From an uncultured Candidatus Binatia bacterium (GTDB taxonomy: Bacteria > Desulfobacterota > Binatia > UBA9968 > JAJDTQ01): 64,000 nucleotides of DNA. The DNA is taken from contig OZ251459.1 of assembly GCA_965242525.1 (NCBI GenBank), positions 96,001-160,000 of the forward strand. The letters run 5' to 3'. Made by a program: the position numbers and the translations under genes. The notes beneath the pieces are model-generated. The model had not been told where the DNA came from. It did not search any database and saw only the letters and a list, made by a program, of their open reading frames with translations. Below, piece after piece: positions 1-9,488 of this stretch (within the stretch, counting starts at the first letter, position 1; each line of letters begins with the position of its first letter).

Positions 1-275
1 CCCATGCCCGCGGTCAGGGGCGGTCCCAGGATGCCCGGGAAGTCGGGGCCGGAGTCGGAGGCCTTGGCCCGGGGTTCGATGATGTCGAAGACCGGTCCCG
101 CCCGGCAGGGCTCCCCCGGCGCCGCGTGCTCGAAGTCGACGCCTTCCAGCGTCTCGTCTTCGAGCAGGAGATCGCGAAGCTCGTCCGTGTCGATCTCGAT
201 TGTAGTTCCGTCGAGTCGGGTCGAAGCGCCGAAGCGAAGGGTCCGCACCGGGTGGCGCGCCAGCGTCAGGTTCAC
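1..275 (-). CDS. Glycine/sarcosine/betaine reductase component B proprotein (GrdE-like), N-terminal part only; runs off the window edge
   Basis: Not in the ORF track. GTG at 275-273 with GGAGG about 8 nt upstream. Reads MNLTLARHPVRTLRFGASTRLDGTTIEIDTDELRDLLLEDETLEGVDFEHAAPGEPCRAGPVFDIIEPRAKASDSGPDFPGILG, which resembles the GrdE-family N-terminus (PGE..R....D.IEPR.K.....FPG). Confidence 0.8.
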   Translation of the reverse strand, partial: MNLTLARHPVRTLRFGASTRLDGTTIEIDTDELRDLLLEDETLEGVDFEHAAPGEPCRAGPVFDIIEPRAKASDSGPDFPGILGPPLTAGM

Positions 276-601
276 GCGGTGACCTCCAGGGTCCGGGTTC
301 GGCGCCGGTGGCCGGTGCGGGTCTGCTTCGCCGTCGCCAACCCTGCCCCGACGAACCGCGGCGCGGTTCCGTGCGCCTGCTCGGACAGGCTCTCAGGATT
401 CCACATTCCCGCGGCAATGGCAAAGACGCCGGCTGCGCTGTTGCAGCGCCGCATGGATGACGGCCGGCCTGAGGGCTTGCGCTGCCGGGCCGCCGCCGGC
501 AGGGGCGGCAGCCTGTCGCGGGTGGACCCGGCCGCACGGACAGGGGGACCGACGGCGAACGCAACCAGGGACGCCGCGGGCTGCGCATCGGGCGCCGCCC
601 C

Positions 602-2104
602 TCATGCGCCGGCGCGTTCGGTCCCGGCGTAGGCGGCCGCGGCCGAGCCGTACTCCGCGGCGTGGACTCCGTAGTCCGTGAAGTCGCCATCGAAGCACTG
701 GAGCGCCCACCGGGCGGCCTCCCGGTATTCCGGGCTTGCGGTCAGGCGGTGCAGCTTCAGGAAGAAGAGCGCCGCGGCGCCGTTCTCCGTGACGAGGGTG
801 AGCGGAAAGCGAAGGTAGGCGGGACCCTTCTCGGCGATGTCGAAGAAACCCCCTGCCGGGTTCCGCAGGCGGGTGCGGACGAAACCCGCCAGCGCCCGGG
901 CGCGCTCCAGGAACAGCCGTTCGCCGGTCGCTTCGAAGCCGTCCGCCAGGGCGCGTCCCATGAGCGTCTGGTCCGTGAGCAGGCCCCACAGCCGGGGCGC
1001 GTGGTCGAAGTAGTGCGCCATGCCCCGGGACGGGTCCCAGCAGCGTTCCAGCAGGAACTCCAGGGTCTCCAGGGCGCGCTGCTCGCAGTCCTTGCGTCCC
1101 AGGACCGCGGCCGCCTTCAGGCAGGCGGACACGGCTCGGGCGTTGGCGTCGGTGTACATCCACGGATCGGTGATGGAGAACATGGCCCTTCGAGGGTGCA
1201 GGGTAGATCCTTGCGGGGTCTCCCGGCCGGGGAAGACGCGGATGTAGTCGCGGCAGCCGTGGAAGAACGGCCGGACCGGGTCCCGGAACCCCCGGACCAT
1301 GTAGTCCACGACCTCCTCGGCGAGCTCCCGGAAGAAGGGTTCCCGGGTCAGCTCGAACATGTGGAGGGCGTTGCCCAACAGCCCGGCGTGGTCGGACAGC
1401 AGCTTCTCGTGGTGGGGTTCGCTCCAGTCCCGTTTCGACGAGTAGCGAAAGAACCCGCCTTCCGGGTCGTGGGTGCGGCTTTGGCGCATGGCGTAGAGGG
1501 TCCGCCGCACGTGGTTGAGGCAGCGCGCGTCGCCGGTGGCCTCGTAACGCCCCAACAGGAACTCGTTGGCCTCGCAGTGGGGGAACTTGCGGTCGGTTCC
1601 GTAACCCCCGTACACGGGGTCGGCGAGTTCCCATACCGCCTCCGCGACCGCGGCGGCCGCGTCCGGGCGCACGCGGCCCTCGCTTGGCGCCGGGGGCGGA
1701 TCCGGCGGCGGGGGCGCGGTCTCGCGCTCCCGGCAGCCCACGTGGACCCGCACCAGCACGTCGCCGAAGTCCCGGGACGACAGGTAGTTGACGCTGGCCA
1801 CGTAGTCCCCGTCCGCGCGCAGGAACACGATGGTGGGCCAGCCGTTGCGGTTGTAACGCGCGTCGATGTCCGGCCGCTGGGCGTCCTCCACCCGAACGGG
1901 CACGAAATAGGCGTTCAGGAGCGCGATGACCTCGGTGTCCGAGAAGGTGGTCTCGTCCATGCGCTGGCACACGCCGCACCAGAAGGCGCCCAGGTACAGC
2001 ATCACCGGTTTCCCCTCGGTGCGGGCGCGCTCGAAAGCGTCCGCGCCCCAGTCGGTCCAGTGGATCCGGTGGGCACTGTTGGGGTTGGGGGAGAAGCGGA
2101 ACAT
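602..2104 (-). CDS. Thioredoxin-domain protein (DUF255/YyaL-like)
   Basis: IHWTDWGADAFERA, WCGVCQRMDETTF, RPDID..Y..GWPT, GGFFRYS..DWSEPHHEKLL motifs. Start trimmed to MFRFSP. Confidence 0.85.
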   Translation of the reverse strand: MFRFSPNPNSAHRIHWTDWGADAFERARTEGKPVMLYLGAFWCGVCQRMDETTFSDTEVIALLNAYFVPVRVEDAQRPDIDARYNRNGWPTIVFLRADGDYVASVNYLSSRDFGDVLVRVHVGCRERETAPPPPDPPPAPSEGRVRPDAAAAVAEAVWELADPVYGGYGTDRKFPHCEANEFLLGRYEATGDARCLNHVRRTLYAMRQSRTHDPEGGFFRYSSKRDWSEPHHEKLLSDHAGLLGNALHMFELTREPFFRELAEEVVDYMVRGFRDPVRPFFHGCRDYIRVFPGRETPQGSTLHPRRAMFSITDPWMYTDANARAVSACLKAAAVLGRKDCEQRALETLEFLLERCWDPSRGMAHYFDHAPRLWGLLTDQTLMGRALADGFEATGERLFLERARALAGFVRTRLRNPAGGFFDIAEKGPAYLRFPLTLVTENGAAALFFLKLHRLTASPEYREAARWALQCFDGDFTDYGVHAAEYGSAAAAYAGTERAGA

Positions 2105-2237
2105 GGCGCGGGGCTCCCGGACGGGCCGGAGGGCCGAACCATGATGGAAGCGCTTGCGCCAAGCGGCGGGCGAGGGCGGGGTGAAGCTCCCCGAGGACGG
2201 CCGCGGCAGCAACCTCGCAACGCCTAGCCGGCCCCGG

Positions 2238-2957
2238 TCACGCCTCCGCCGGGCGCTCGGCCCGCCATGCGTGCAGGTAGTTCACGATCTCGTCCAGCGG
2301 CAGCACGTCGGCGTACTTCTGGTTCATGTCGAACAGGTTGACGGCGTGGCACGCTTCGTGCCGGTCGAACACGCACTCCTCGGCCACCACCATGCGGAAC
2401 CGGTAGGTGCAGCCGTCCACCACGCTCGCCCGGACGCAGCCGCTGGTGCTCTCGCCGCAGGCGATGACGGTGTCGATGCCGTGCTGGTTCAGGTGGGCCA
2501 CCAGGGGCGTGCCCCAGAAGGCGCTGGGCGAGAGCTTGCGCAGCACCGCCTCTCCGGGAAGCGGCTGCACTTCGTCGATGATGTCGAACTTGCGCCGGCG
2601 CCTTTCCATGGCTTCGGGGGACGGGTTCCCCGCGTTGCCGTCGCGCCGGAACGACCATTCGTCCACCCCGGCTTCGGGCAGGCCCGATATGTGGATGACG
2701 GGGATGCCTGCCTCGCGCGCCGTCCGCAACAGCCTCTGGATGTGGGGGACGGCGTTCCAGCCGGCCATGCCGCAGCTCCCCGGCCACTCGCTGATGGCCT
2801 CCAGCACCTGCTCCGGCCTGTCGCCGAAGACCCACCTGTACAGGTCGATGAGGAGCAGGGCGGGCTTCTTGCCGAACCCGATGGGCCGGGGCGGCTTCAT
2901 GGCCACGTGCGCCTTGTCCTGTTCCGTCAGAAAACGATCCCATACGCGTTCGCTCAT
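2238..2957 (-). CDS. Isochorismatase-family cysteine hydrolase (maleamate/N-carbamoylsarcosine amidohydrolase-like)
   Basis: PALLLID, K..PSAFWGT and GESTSGCVRASVVD supply the Asp-Lys-Cys catalytic triad. Confidence 0.9.
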   Translation of the reverse strand: MSERVWDRFLTEQDKAHVAMKPPRPIGFGKKPALLLIDLYRWVFGDRPEQVLEAISEWPGSCGMAGWNAVPHIQRLLRTAREAGIPVIHISGLPEAGVDEWSFRRDGNAGNPSPEAMERRRRKFDIIDEVQPLPGEAVLRKLSPSAFWGTPLVAHLNQHGIDTVIACGESTSGCVRASVVDGCTYRFRMVVAEECVFDRHEACHAVNLFDMNQKYADVLPLDEIVNYLHAWRAERPAEA

Positions 2958-2987
2958 GATCGACTCCTTCTCCGGCCTGTGGTTCTC

Positions 2988-3028
2988 CGCGTCCTTCGAC
3001 TCCGCTTCGCTACGCTCAGGACGAACGG
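2988..3028. repeat. REP-like core repeat, copy 1
   Basis: CGCGTCCTTCGACTCCGCTTCGCTACGCTCAGGACGAACGG, the reverse complement of the core seen at 12994, 21781, 25419, 42300 and 46233. Confidence 0.9.
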
Positions 3029-3069
3029 GGTTGGTTGCTTCGCCATAACGGGGTTTGGTTGGTTGCTTT

Positions 3070-3144
3070 GCTATGCTTCCTTCGGCTCTGCTCCGCTATG
3101 CTTCCTTCGGCTCTGCTCCGCTACGCTTCCTTGGGATCTGCTCC
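3070..3144. repeat. 3 x 25-nt tandem repeat resembling the REP core
   Basis: GCTATGCTTCCTTCGGCTCTGCTCC at 3070 and 3095, with a diverged copy at 3120. Confidence 0.85.
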
Positions 3145-3424
3145 GCGGCGTTCCTCCCGAGTTCGCCGCCGCCTGCCGTTGCCCGTGTGGCTCCTGAATA
3201 CTACCGCCGGCCCGTGACTGCAAGACGCTTCCGCGGAGGACCGCGGCGCCGATGGCCGGACCGACGGCTTCATCGAGACGCCGGACGCTTCCGCGGAGCA
3301 CTCCCCGGCTTCGGTCCCGATCGGCGGTCCGCACCGGGTCTCGGGGGGCGGTCCACCCGCGGCCGTTGCCGTGCGGAGGACGCGGCCCTTGTGACGATGG
3401 AGCTACGATACTATCCTCCGGGTC

Positions 3425-4666
3425 GTGGTCATGCGGTTCCAACGATCCTTCCTCGAACCATGGGCCGGGCTGTGCGCCGTCCTGGCGCTCGTGTCGTTCC
3501 ATTTCTCGGCCGCGCTTGCGGCCGCGGCCGAGCCTCCGTTGCAAACGCTGGCCCGGACCGAGGTCGGCGCCGACCACGGAGTCTTCGTGCAGGCGGAGGA
3601 CGGCACGGTCCTGGCGTCGCTGAACGCGGAGCGTCCGTACCACCCCGCCTCGGTCACGAAGGTTGCGACCACGCTGGCGTTCCTTTCCACGCTTCGCCCG
3701 GACCAGCGCTTTCGGACCAAGGTCCTCGCCGCGGGTCCGACCGCCGAGGGGAGTCTGCGCGGGGACCTCATCGTCCAGGGACAGGGTGATCCGTACTTCC
3801 TGTTCGAGAACGCGTTCCTGGTCCTGTTGCGGCTGCGGTCCGGGGGAATCCTGCGTGTGGACGGCGCGGTCCGGGTCGAAGGCTCCTTCTTCCTCGACTG
3901 GACTCCCGACCCCGAGGGGCGAAGGCTCCAACGCGCCTGGACGGGCCGCGAAGGCGCGTCGCGCTGGCCGGTGGTGACCGGGGCCCTCTTCCCCGGCGCG
4001 CACATGCCGCTGGAGGACCATGCGCTCCGGTTCACGCGCGTCGGGGCGCGGAACCACGGCGCCCGGCGTTTGCTGACGACGCACGCCTCCCCGCCGCTGG
4101 TCCGCCACCTCAAGGACTTCAACAGCTACTCCAACGACATCTTCCACGAGTTCTCGTACCGCATCGGCGGCCCCGAAGCGGTCCAGCGCATCCTTCGGTC
4201 GAAGGTCCGCGGCGTGCCCCGATCGTCCCTGGTCATCGACAACGCCGCGGGCGACGGCCGCACCAACCGGATGAGTCCGCGGGCGGCCGCGGCCTTGGTG
4301 CAAGCCCTGGGAAGGACCCTCCACGGCCGCGGCCTGTCGTTCTCCGACGTGCTCCCCGTGGCCGGCGTGGACCCCGGGACGTTGCAGGACCGGTTGGCGG
4401 CGCGCCGCTACCGCGGCGCGGTGGCGGGCAAGAGCGGCACGGTGCGGGTGCTTCGCATATCGACCCTGGCCGGGGTCGCCCATACCCGGAAGTACGGCCG
4501 GGCGTTCTTCGCGGTCATGAGCCGGGGCGTGCCGTTGTGGCAGGCGAGACTGCGCCAGAACGCCTTCCTCCGCGGCCTCCTGGACCAAGCCGGGGCGCGC
4601 CCCCTGCGGACGGGCCCTCCGCGCCCCCCCGCCTTCACGGAGGCGCGGCTGGAAGCGCCCCGGTAG
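3425..4666 (+). CDS. dacB: D-alanyl-D-alanine carboxypeptidase/endopeptidase (PBP4, peptidase S13)
   Basis: Signal peptide, PASVTK (SxxK), YSN (SxN region), GKSGT (KTG-like), GDP motif. Confidence 0.8.
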   Translation: MVMRFQRSFLEPWAGLCAVLALVSFHFSAALAAAAEPPLQTLARTEVGADHGVFVQAEDGTVLASLNAERPYHPASVTKVATTLAFLSTLRPDQRFRTKVLAAGPTAEGSLRGDLIVQGQGDPYFLFENAFLVLLRLRSGGILRVDGAVRVEGSFFLDWTPDPEGRRLQRAWTGREGASRWPVVTGALFPGAHMPLEDHALRFTRVGARNHGARRLLTTHASPPLVRHLKDFNSYSNDIFHEFSYRIGGPEAVQRILRSKVRGVPRSSLVIDNAAGDGRTNRMSPRAAAALVQALGRTLHGRGLSFSDVLPVAGVDPGTLQDRLAARRYRGAVAGKSGTVRVLRISTLAGVAHTRKYGRAFFAVMSRGVPLWQARLRQNAFLRGLLDQAGARPLRTGPPRPPAFTEARLEAPR

Positions 4667-4711
4667 CGTCCCGTACCGGGGGAATCAAGGGAACCGGGCC
4701 GGCGCCGGCCG

Positions 4712-5008
4712 CTACTGACGCGGCGCGGTCCTTTCGATGACGGTCTCCATGCTCTTGACGGCGGCGCGCGAGATTTCGGCCTGCGTCTCCATTCCCTTGA
4801 CGGCGGCGCGCGAAGTTTCGGCCTGCTGGTCGAGTGCGCGCATGGCTTCCGCGTGCCTGGCGTCTTCCCTTCGGGCGCGTTCCGTGGTGGCCTTGTCCAT
4901 CTGCCGGAGACCCCGGAGGATGGCTATCAGGGACCCCACCGCGGCGAAGACGACGACCCCCCGGAGAAAGAGGCTTGCGATTGCGAGTTCCAGTTCGTAT
5001 CCGGTCAT
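4712..5008 (-). CDS. Small membrane protein with one TM helix and a coiled-coil tail containing a 14-aa duplication
   Basis: AGGAGG about 10 nt upstream of ATG 5008, hydrophobic N-terminus, 42-nt tandem duplication at 4743-4826. Confidence 0.65.
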   Translation of the reverse strand: MTGYELELAIASLFLRGVVVFAAVGSLIAILRGLRQMDKATTERARREDARHAEAMRALDQQAETSRAAVKGMETQAEISRAAVKSMETVIERTAPRQ

Positions 5009-5029
5009 GGCCTTCATCCCTCCTGCGAT

Positions 5030-5047
5030 TGATAACGTCCGTTATCA
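5030..5047. promoter_or_regulatory. Perfect 8-2-8 palindrome, candidate operator
   Basis: TGATAACG-TC-CGTTATCA, AT-rich, just upstream of the small ORF's RBS and in the divergent region before the SDR gene. Confidence 0.45.
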
Positions 5048-5272
5048 CGCAGAAGCGGCGCAGGCAGTCCGTGTCAGGGACCCATCCCGGTGGGCAGGAT
5101 GCCCGTGGGGGCCGTACCATCCACTTCGTCCTTCCGCAAACCTACCCGTGTGCAGCGTCCGGGTCAATGGCGGACGGCGTCGGTCCGTTCTTGCTTCGAC
5201 CGCATACTCGGGGTATCTGTGGGAGCGCACGGGATCGACTCGTGACGGTTCGCGGAAAGGAGGCGCTCGTCG

Positions 5273-6121
5273 ATGGCTGACAGACCCCTGGAAGGGAAGG
5301 TGGCGCTGGTGACCGGCGCCGGCAGCCCCATCGGATTCGGTCGGCGCATGACCTTCGCCTTGGCGGGCGCGGGCGCGCGCGTGGCCATGGTGGACGTGAG
5401 GGAGGAATGGCTCGAACAGACCGCGGACGAGGTGCGGGCCGAAGCCGGGAAGGACAGCGTGCTGCCCATCGCGGCCAGCGTGGCCGACCCGGACGACGTG
5501 GCCCGGGCGGTGGAGTCCGCGGTCGCCGGTCTCGGGGGGCTGGACATCCTCGTCAACAACGCCGGCACCAATCCGCGCAACGTCGGCTTGGCCTCCGACT
5601 TTCGCATGAAGTGCTGGGAGGTCTCGCCCGAGGCCTGGGACCGGGTGGTGGCGGTCAACTGCAGCGGACCCTTCTACGCGGTGCGCGCCGCGGTGGAGGG
5701 CATGATCGCCCGGAAGTGGGGCCGCATCATCGGCGTCACCACCAGCCTGGACACCATGTACCGGGCTTACGGCTCGCCCTACGGCCCGTCCAAGGCCGGC
5801 CACGAGGCATTCATGGCCACCCTGGCCCGGGAGTTGGAGGGCACCGGGGTCACCGCCAACGTGCTGGTGCCGGGCGGCCCGGCCAACACCAACCTGATAC
5901 CGCAGGACGCGGACTACGACCGGGATCAACTGATCCAGCCGCCGGTCATGGAGAAGCCGGTGGTGTGGTTGGCGTCGGAGGCGTCCGACGGCGTCAACGG
6001 CCGGCGCTTCATCGCCTACCACTGGGACGAGAGCCTGCCGCTGGAAGAGCGTCTGGCCAAGGCGAGCGCGCCCGCGGCCTGGCCCCAGGCCGGGCAGGCC
6101 GCCATTGCCCCGGGCCGCTAG
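5273..6121 (+). CDS. Short-chain dehydrogenase/reductase
   Basis: VALVTGAGS.IGFG, LVNNAG, YGPSK (YxxxK). GGAGG RBS. Confidence 0.92.
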   Translation: MADRPLEGKVALVTGAGSPIGFGRRMTFALAGAGARVAMVDVREEWLEQTADEVRAEAGKDSVLPIAASVADPDDVARAVESAVAGLGGLDILVNNAGTNPRNVGLASDFRMKCWEVSPEAWDRVVAVNCSGPFYAVRAAVEGMIARKWGRIIGVTTSLDTMYRAYGSPYGPSKAGHEAFMATLARELEGTGVTANVLVPGGPANTNLIPQDADYDRDQLIQPPVMEKPVVWLASEASDGVNGRRFIAYHWDESLPLEERLAKASAPAAWPQAGQAAIAPGR

Positions 6122-6189
6122 GCCCGGACGGTTCGTTCGTTCTTTCCTTCCCGGAAGGAGCTGGCGCCGCGTTCCGCTTCCGGGGCGCG

Positions 6190-7710
6190 TCAGTCGCCTC
6201 CGGCGGCGCCCCTTCGTCCGAGCCGCGCGAGGCCTCCCCGGATGGTGGGCAGGAAGATGAGGACCACGGCGAAGACCAGCAGGGCCGCGGTCATGGGTCG
6301 TTCCCACATGAAGCGGACGCCGTCGGTCAGGTTCATGGCGCGGGCGAAGTTGTCTTCCAGCAGCGGCCCGAGGATGAACCCGATCAGCATCGGCGCCAGC
6401 GGGAAACCGGCCATGCGCATGATCGTCGCCGCGACCCCCATGCCGGTCAGCAGCAGCAGTTCCGTGGCGTTGTTCTGGCCGATGTAGCTGCCCATCATGG
6501 TGAAGAACAGGATGAACGGGATGAGGTAGTTGCGGGGGATCTCCAGCAGCTTGGCGATGTAGGGGATGAGCGGCAGGTTGAGGATCAACAGCACCACGTT
6601 GCCGAGGTACATGGAGATGATGACGGCCCAGAAGATGGAGGGGTTGTCCACCATCAGGCGGGGGCCGGGGGCCACGTTCAGGGCGATCAGCGCCCCCAGC
6701 AGTATCGCGGTGGTGCCCGACCCCGGGATCCCCAGGGTCAGCAGCGGCACGAACGAGCCGGTGCAGGCCGCGTTGTTGGCGGTTTCCGGCGCGGCCAGCC
6801 CCTTGATGGACCCCTTCCCGAACCGGTCCCGGTCCTCCCCCTTGGCGATGTTGCGTTCGACCGCGTAGCCGAGGAACGACGCGATGGTCGCGCCCGCGCC
6901 CGGCATGACGCCCACGAAGAAACCCTGGAGCGACTGGCGCCCGATCACGGGGGCGATCTCCCTTGCCTCGCTCCGGGTGATCCGCAGGTTCGTGATCTTG
7001 CCTTCGCCTTTCCCGCCCCGTTCCGCGCGCTTGGGGTTGAGCACCAGGTACAGGGCCTCCGGCAGGGCGAACAGCGCCATGGCCAGGGTAATGAAGCTGA
7101 TGCCGCTCTGGAGGTCCCGGATCCCCAGGGTGAAGCGCGGCGCGTTGAACAGCGCGCTCTCGCCCACGGTGGCCAGCATCACGCCGAGGACGGTCATCAT
7201 CAGCGCCTTGGCCACCTGGCCCGAGCCGGCGAAGGCCGCGATGGCCGCGAGGCCCACGACCATGAGCGCGAAGTACTCCGCGGAGTGGAACAGCAGGGCC
7301 ACGCTGGCCAGCCCCGGGGCGAACCCCATCAGCAGGACGGCGCCGATGGTGCCCCCCGAGAAGGAGGCGATGGCCGCAACGGTCAGCGCCTTGCCGGCCT
7401 GTCCCCGGCGCGCCATGGGGTAGCCGTCGAAGGCGGTGGCCACGGTGCCGGCGACCCCGGGCGCGTTGATGAGTATGGACGAGGTGGAGCCGCCGAATAT
7501 GGCGCCGTAATAGACTCCCGCCAGCAGGATCAGCGCGGCCGCGGGATCGCCGATCTGTATGGCCACCGGGATCATGATGGCGATGATCGACATGGGGCCC
7601 AAGCCCGGCAGCATGCCGATGAAGGTGCCGATCAGGCACCCGGCGATGACCATCAGGAGGTTCTGGATCCCGAAGGCGGTGGCCAGGCCGGTGAGGATTC
7701 CTTCGATCAT
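6190..7710 (-). CDS. tctA: Tripartite tricarboxylate transporter large permease
   Basis: IGMLPGLG, ATAFDGYPMA, APETANNA, PLLTLGIPGS motifs. Confidence 0.95.
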   Translation of the reverse strand: MIEGILTGLATAFGIQNLLMVIAGCLIGTFIGMLPGLGPMSIIAIMIPVAIQIGDPAAALILLAGVYYGAIFGGSTSSILINAPGVAGTVATAFDGYPMARRGQAGKALTVAAIASFSGGTIGAVLLMGFAPGLASVALLFHSAEYFALMVVGLAAIAAFAGSGQVAKALMMTVLGVMLATVGESALFNAPRFTLGIRDLQSGISFITLAMALFALPEALYLVLNPKRAERGGKGEGKITNLRITRSEAREIAPVIGRQSLQGFFVGVMPGAGATIASFLGYAVERNIAKGEDRDRFGKGSIKGLAAPETANNAACTGSFVPLLTLGIPGSGTTAILLGALIALNVAPGPRLMVDNPSIFWAVIISMYLGNVVLLILNLPLIPYIAKLLEIPRNYLIPFILFFTMMGSYIGQNNATELLLLTGMGVAATIMRMAGFPLAPMLIGFILGPLLEDNFARAMNLTDGVRFMWERPMTAALLVFAVVLIFLPTIRGGLARLGRRGAAGGD

Positions 7711-7728
7711 CGCGCCGTCCCCGCGGAC

Positions 7729-8214
7729 TCAGAGGAACCAGGGCCAGGGGCGCAGGAAGATGCCGAGCACCTGCTGCACCAGGTACCAGACCAGGAACGC
7801 CGCAAGCACGGAGACCGGGACCAGGACCACGAAGCGCCGCTCCCCGAGGGTCACGGACGCCAGCACCAGGAAGAGGGTCGTGGTGGCCACGAACCCCGCG
7901 GGTCGAAGCAGCAGCGCATAGGCGACCATGAGCGCCAGCAGCAGGACCGCCTGGCCGAGCTTGTACTGCCGCAGCCTGCGGACGTCGATGCCGTCGGACT
8001 CGGTTTCCCCGTGGGCCCCGGGGCCGGACTGGACCAGCACCGCCAACCCCACCAGCGCGCCGATGACGCTCAGCCATTTGGGCAGCACGTTGGGGAGGAA
8101 GGTCATGTTGCGCTCGAAGGGAAGGAGGCCGGCCTCCATGACCACGAAGGCGGTGTACCCATAGGCCAGGCAGACGACCACGAAGATTCCGGCTATGGCT
8201 CGTTCCAGGGTCAC
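7729..8214 (-). CDS. tctB: Tripartite tricarboxylate transporter small permease
   Basis: Four to five TM segments, located between tctC and tctA. Confidence 0.88.
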   Translation of the reverse strand: MTLERAIAGIFVVVCLAYGYTAFVVMEAGLLPFERNMTFLPNVLPKWLSVIGALVGLAVLVQSGPGAHGETESDGIDVRRLRQYKLGQAVLLLALMVAYALLLRPAGFVATTTLFLVLASVTLGERRFVVLVPVSVLAAFLVWYLVQQVLGIFLRPWPWFL

Positions 8215-8296
8215 GGGTCCCCTCCTGCCGGTCCCGCGTGTGAACGGGAGGCAGGCCGGGGCGCCTCCCCAACGGGCGCCCCGGCCGTTTCGGTCG

Positions 8297-9295
8297 CTAC
8301 TTCAGGAAGCCGAGCTTCTGCATCAGGGTCTTGATGACCTTCTCCTGGTTTTCCAGGAAGGCCACGAAGTCCTTGCCGGAGTTGTGGATATCGACCCAGC
8401 CGTTGCGGTCGCGCACGGCCTTCCATTCGGGCGTGGCGTACATGGCGGCCAGGGCCTTGCGGTACAGGTTCGCCTTGTCCTCCGGCAGTCCCGGGGCGGC
8501 GAAGAAACCGCGCCAGTTGACGAACGTCGCGTCGTACTTCTGCTCCTTCAGGGTCGGCGCATCCCGGAACGCCGGGACGCGTTGGTCGGAGGTCACGGCG
8601 AGGATGCGCATCTCCCCGGCCTTGGCCAGCCCCACGGCCTCGGAGAAACCGGTGGAGCCCGCGGCCACCTCTCCCGACAGGATCGCCGCGTTCAGCTTCC
8701 CGCCGGCGTCGTAGGGGATGTACTTGACCTTGGTGGGGTCGGCTCCGGCCGCCTGGAACCCCAGCGCGGCCACCAGGTGGTCCATTCCTCCCGGCACCGA
8801 GCCGCCGCCCACGGACACTTTGCGCGGGTCCTTCCTGTAAGCCGCCACCAGGTCCGAGAAGTCCTCGTAGGGGCTGTCCTTGCCGGTGATGATGGCCGCG
8901 TAGTCGCCGATGGTGCCGGCGATCATCGTCAGGTCGCGGAAGTTGTAGGGGAAGCGCCCCACCAGCGAGCGGATGATGATGGGGGTCGAGTTGACCATGA
9001 GCGTGCCGTGGTTGGACGCGGCGTTCTCGACCAGGTAGCCGATGGCCTTGCCGCCGCCTCCGCCGGACATGTTCTCGTACGAGGCGGAGCCGACGATGCC
9101 GGACTTGGTCAGCGCCTCGCCCGTGCCCCGGGCGGTGCCGTCCCAGCCGCCGCCGGCGCCGCCGGGAATGAGGAAGTGGATCTTGTCGATCAGTTTCTCC
9201 GCCGCATGGACGGAGTTGGCTGCGCCCAGGGCCAGTGTGGTTGCCGCGACCGCGGCCAAGCCGAATCGTACCGCGAAACCGGTCCGTCTCATCAT
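8297..9295 (-). CDS. tctC: Tripartite tricarboxylate transporter substrate-binding protein
   Basis: Signal peptide, PGGAGGGWD..AR, ENMSGGGG, NWRGFF. RBS supports start 9295 rather than 9865. Confidence 0.92.
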   Translation of the reverse strand: MMRRTGFAVRFGLAAVAATTLALGAANSVHAAEKLIDKIHFLIPGGAGGGWDGTARGTGEALTKSGIVGSASYENMSGGGGGKAIGYLVENAASNHGTLMVNSTPIIIRSLVGRFPYNFRDLTMIAGTIGDYAAIITGKDSPYEDFSDLVAAYRKDPRKVSVGGGSVPGGMDHLVAALGFQAAGADPTKVKYIPYDAGGKLNAAILSGEVAAGSTGFSEAVGLAKAGEMRILAVTSDQRVPAFRDAPTLKEQKYDATFVNWRGFFAAPGLPEDKANLYRKALAAMYATPEWKAVRDRNGWVDIHNSGKDFVAFLENQEKVIKTLMQKLGFLK

Positions 9296-9488
9296 GTGTT
9301 CCTCCTGTACCGGGAAATTGTCACGAAGTCCGTAACCCAAACGGGTCCGAATGTCCAGCGTCCGAAGGTCCGGCGCGAGCCGTGTACGGCGAGGCCGGCG
9401 GCGGAACGGTGACGGCGGCAAGATCGTTGTTGATGTTGTTTCCCAAATGCGGTAAGCAGACCCATCGACAAACCGAGGAGGTCTCTGC

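Noticed and set aside
272-454. 60-aa ORF upstream of the GrdE-like gene
   Set aside because: No clear RBS or motif, so it is probably a chance ORF in the regulatory region.
3224-3298. 15-nt direct repeat GACGCTTCCGCGGAG at 60-nt spacing
   Set aside because: Only two short GC-rich copies, with no third unit and no similarity to the 41981 repeats.
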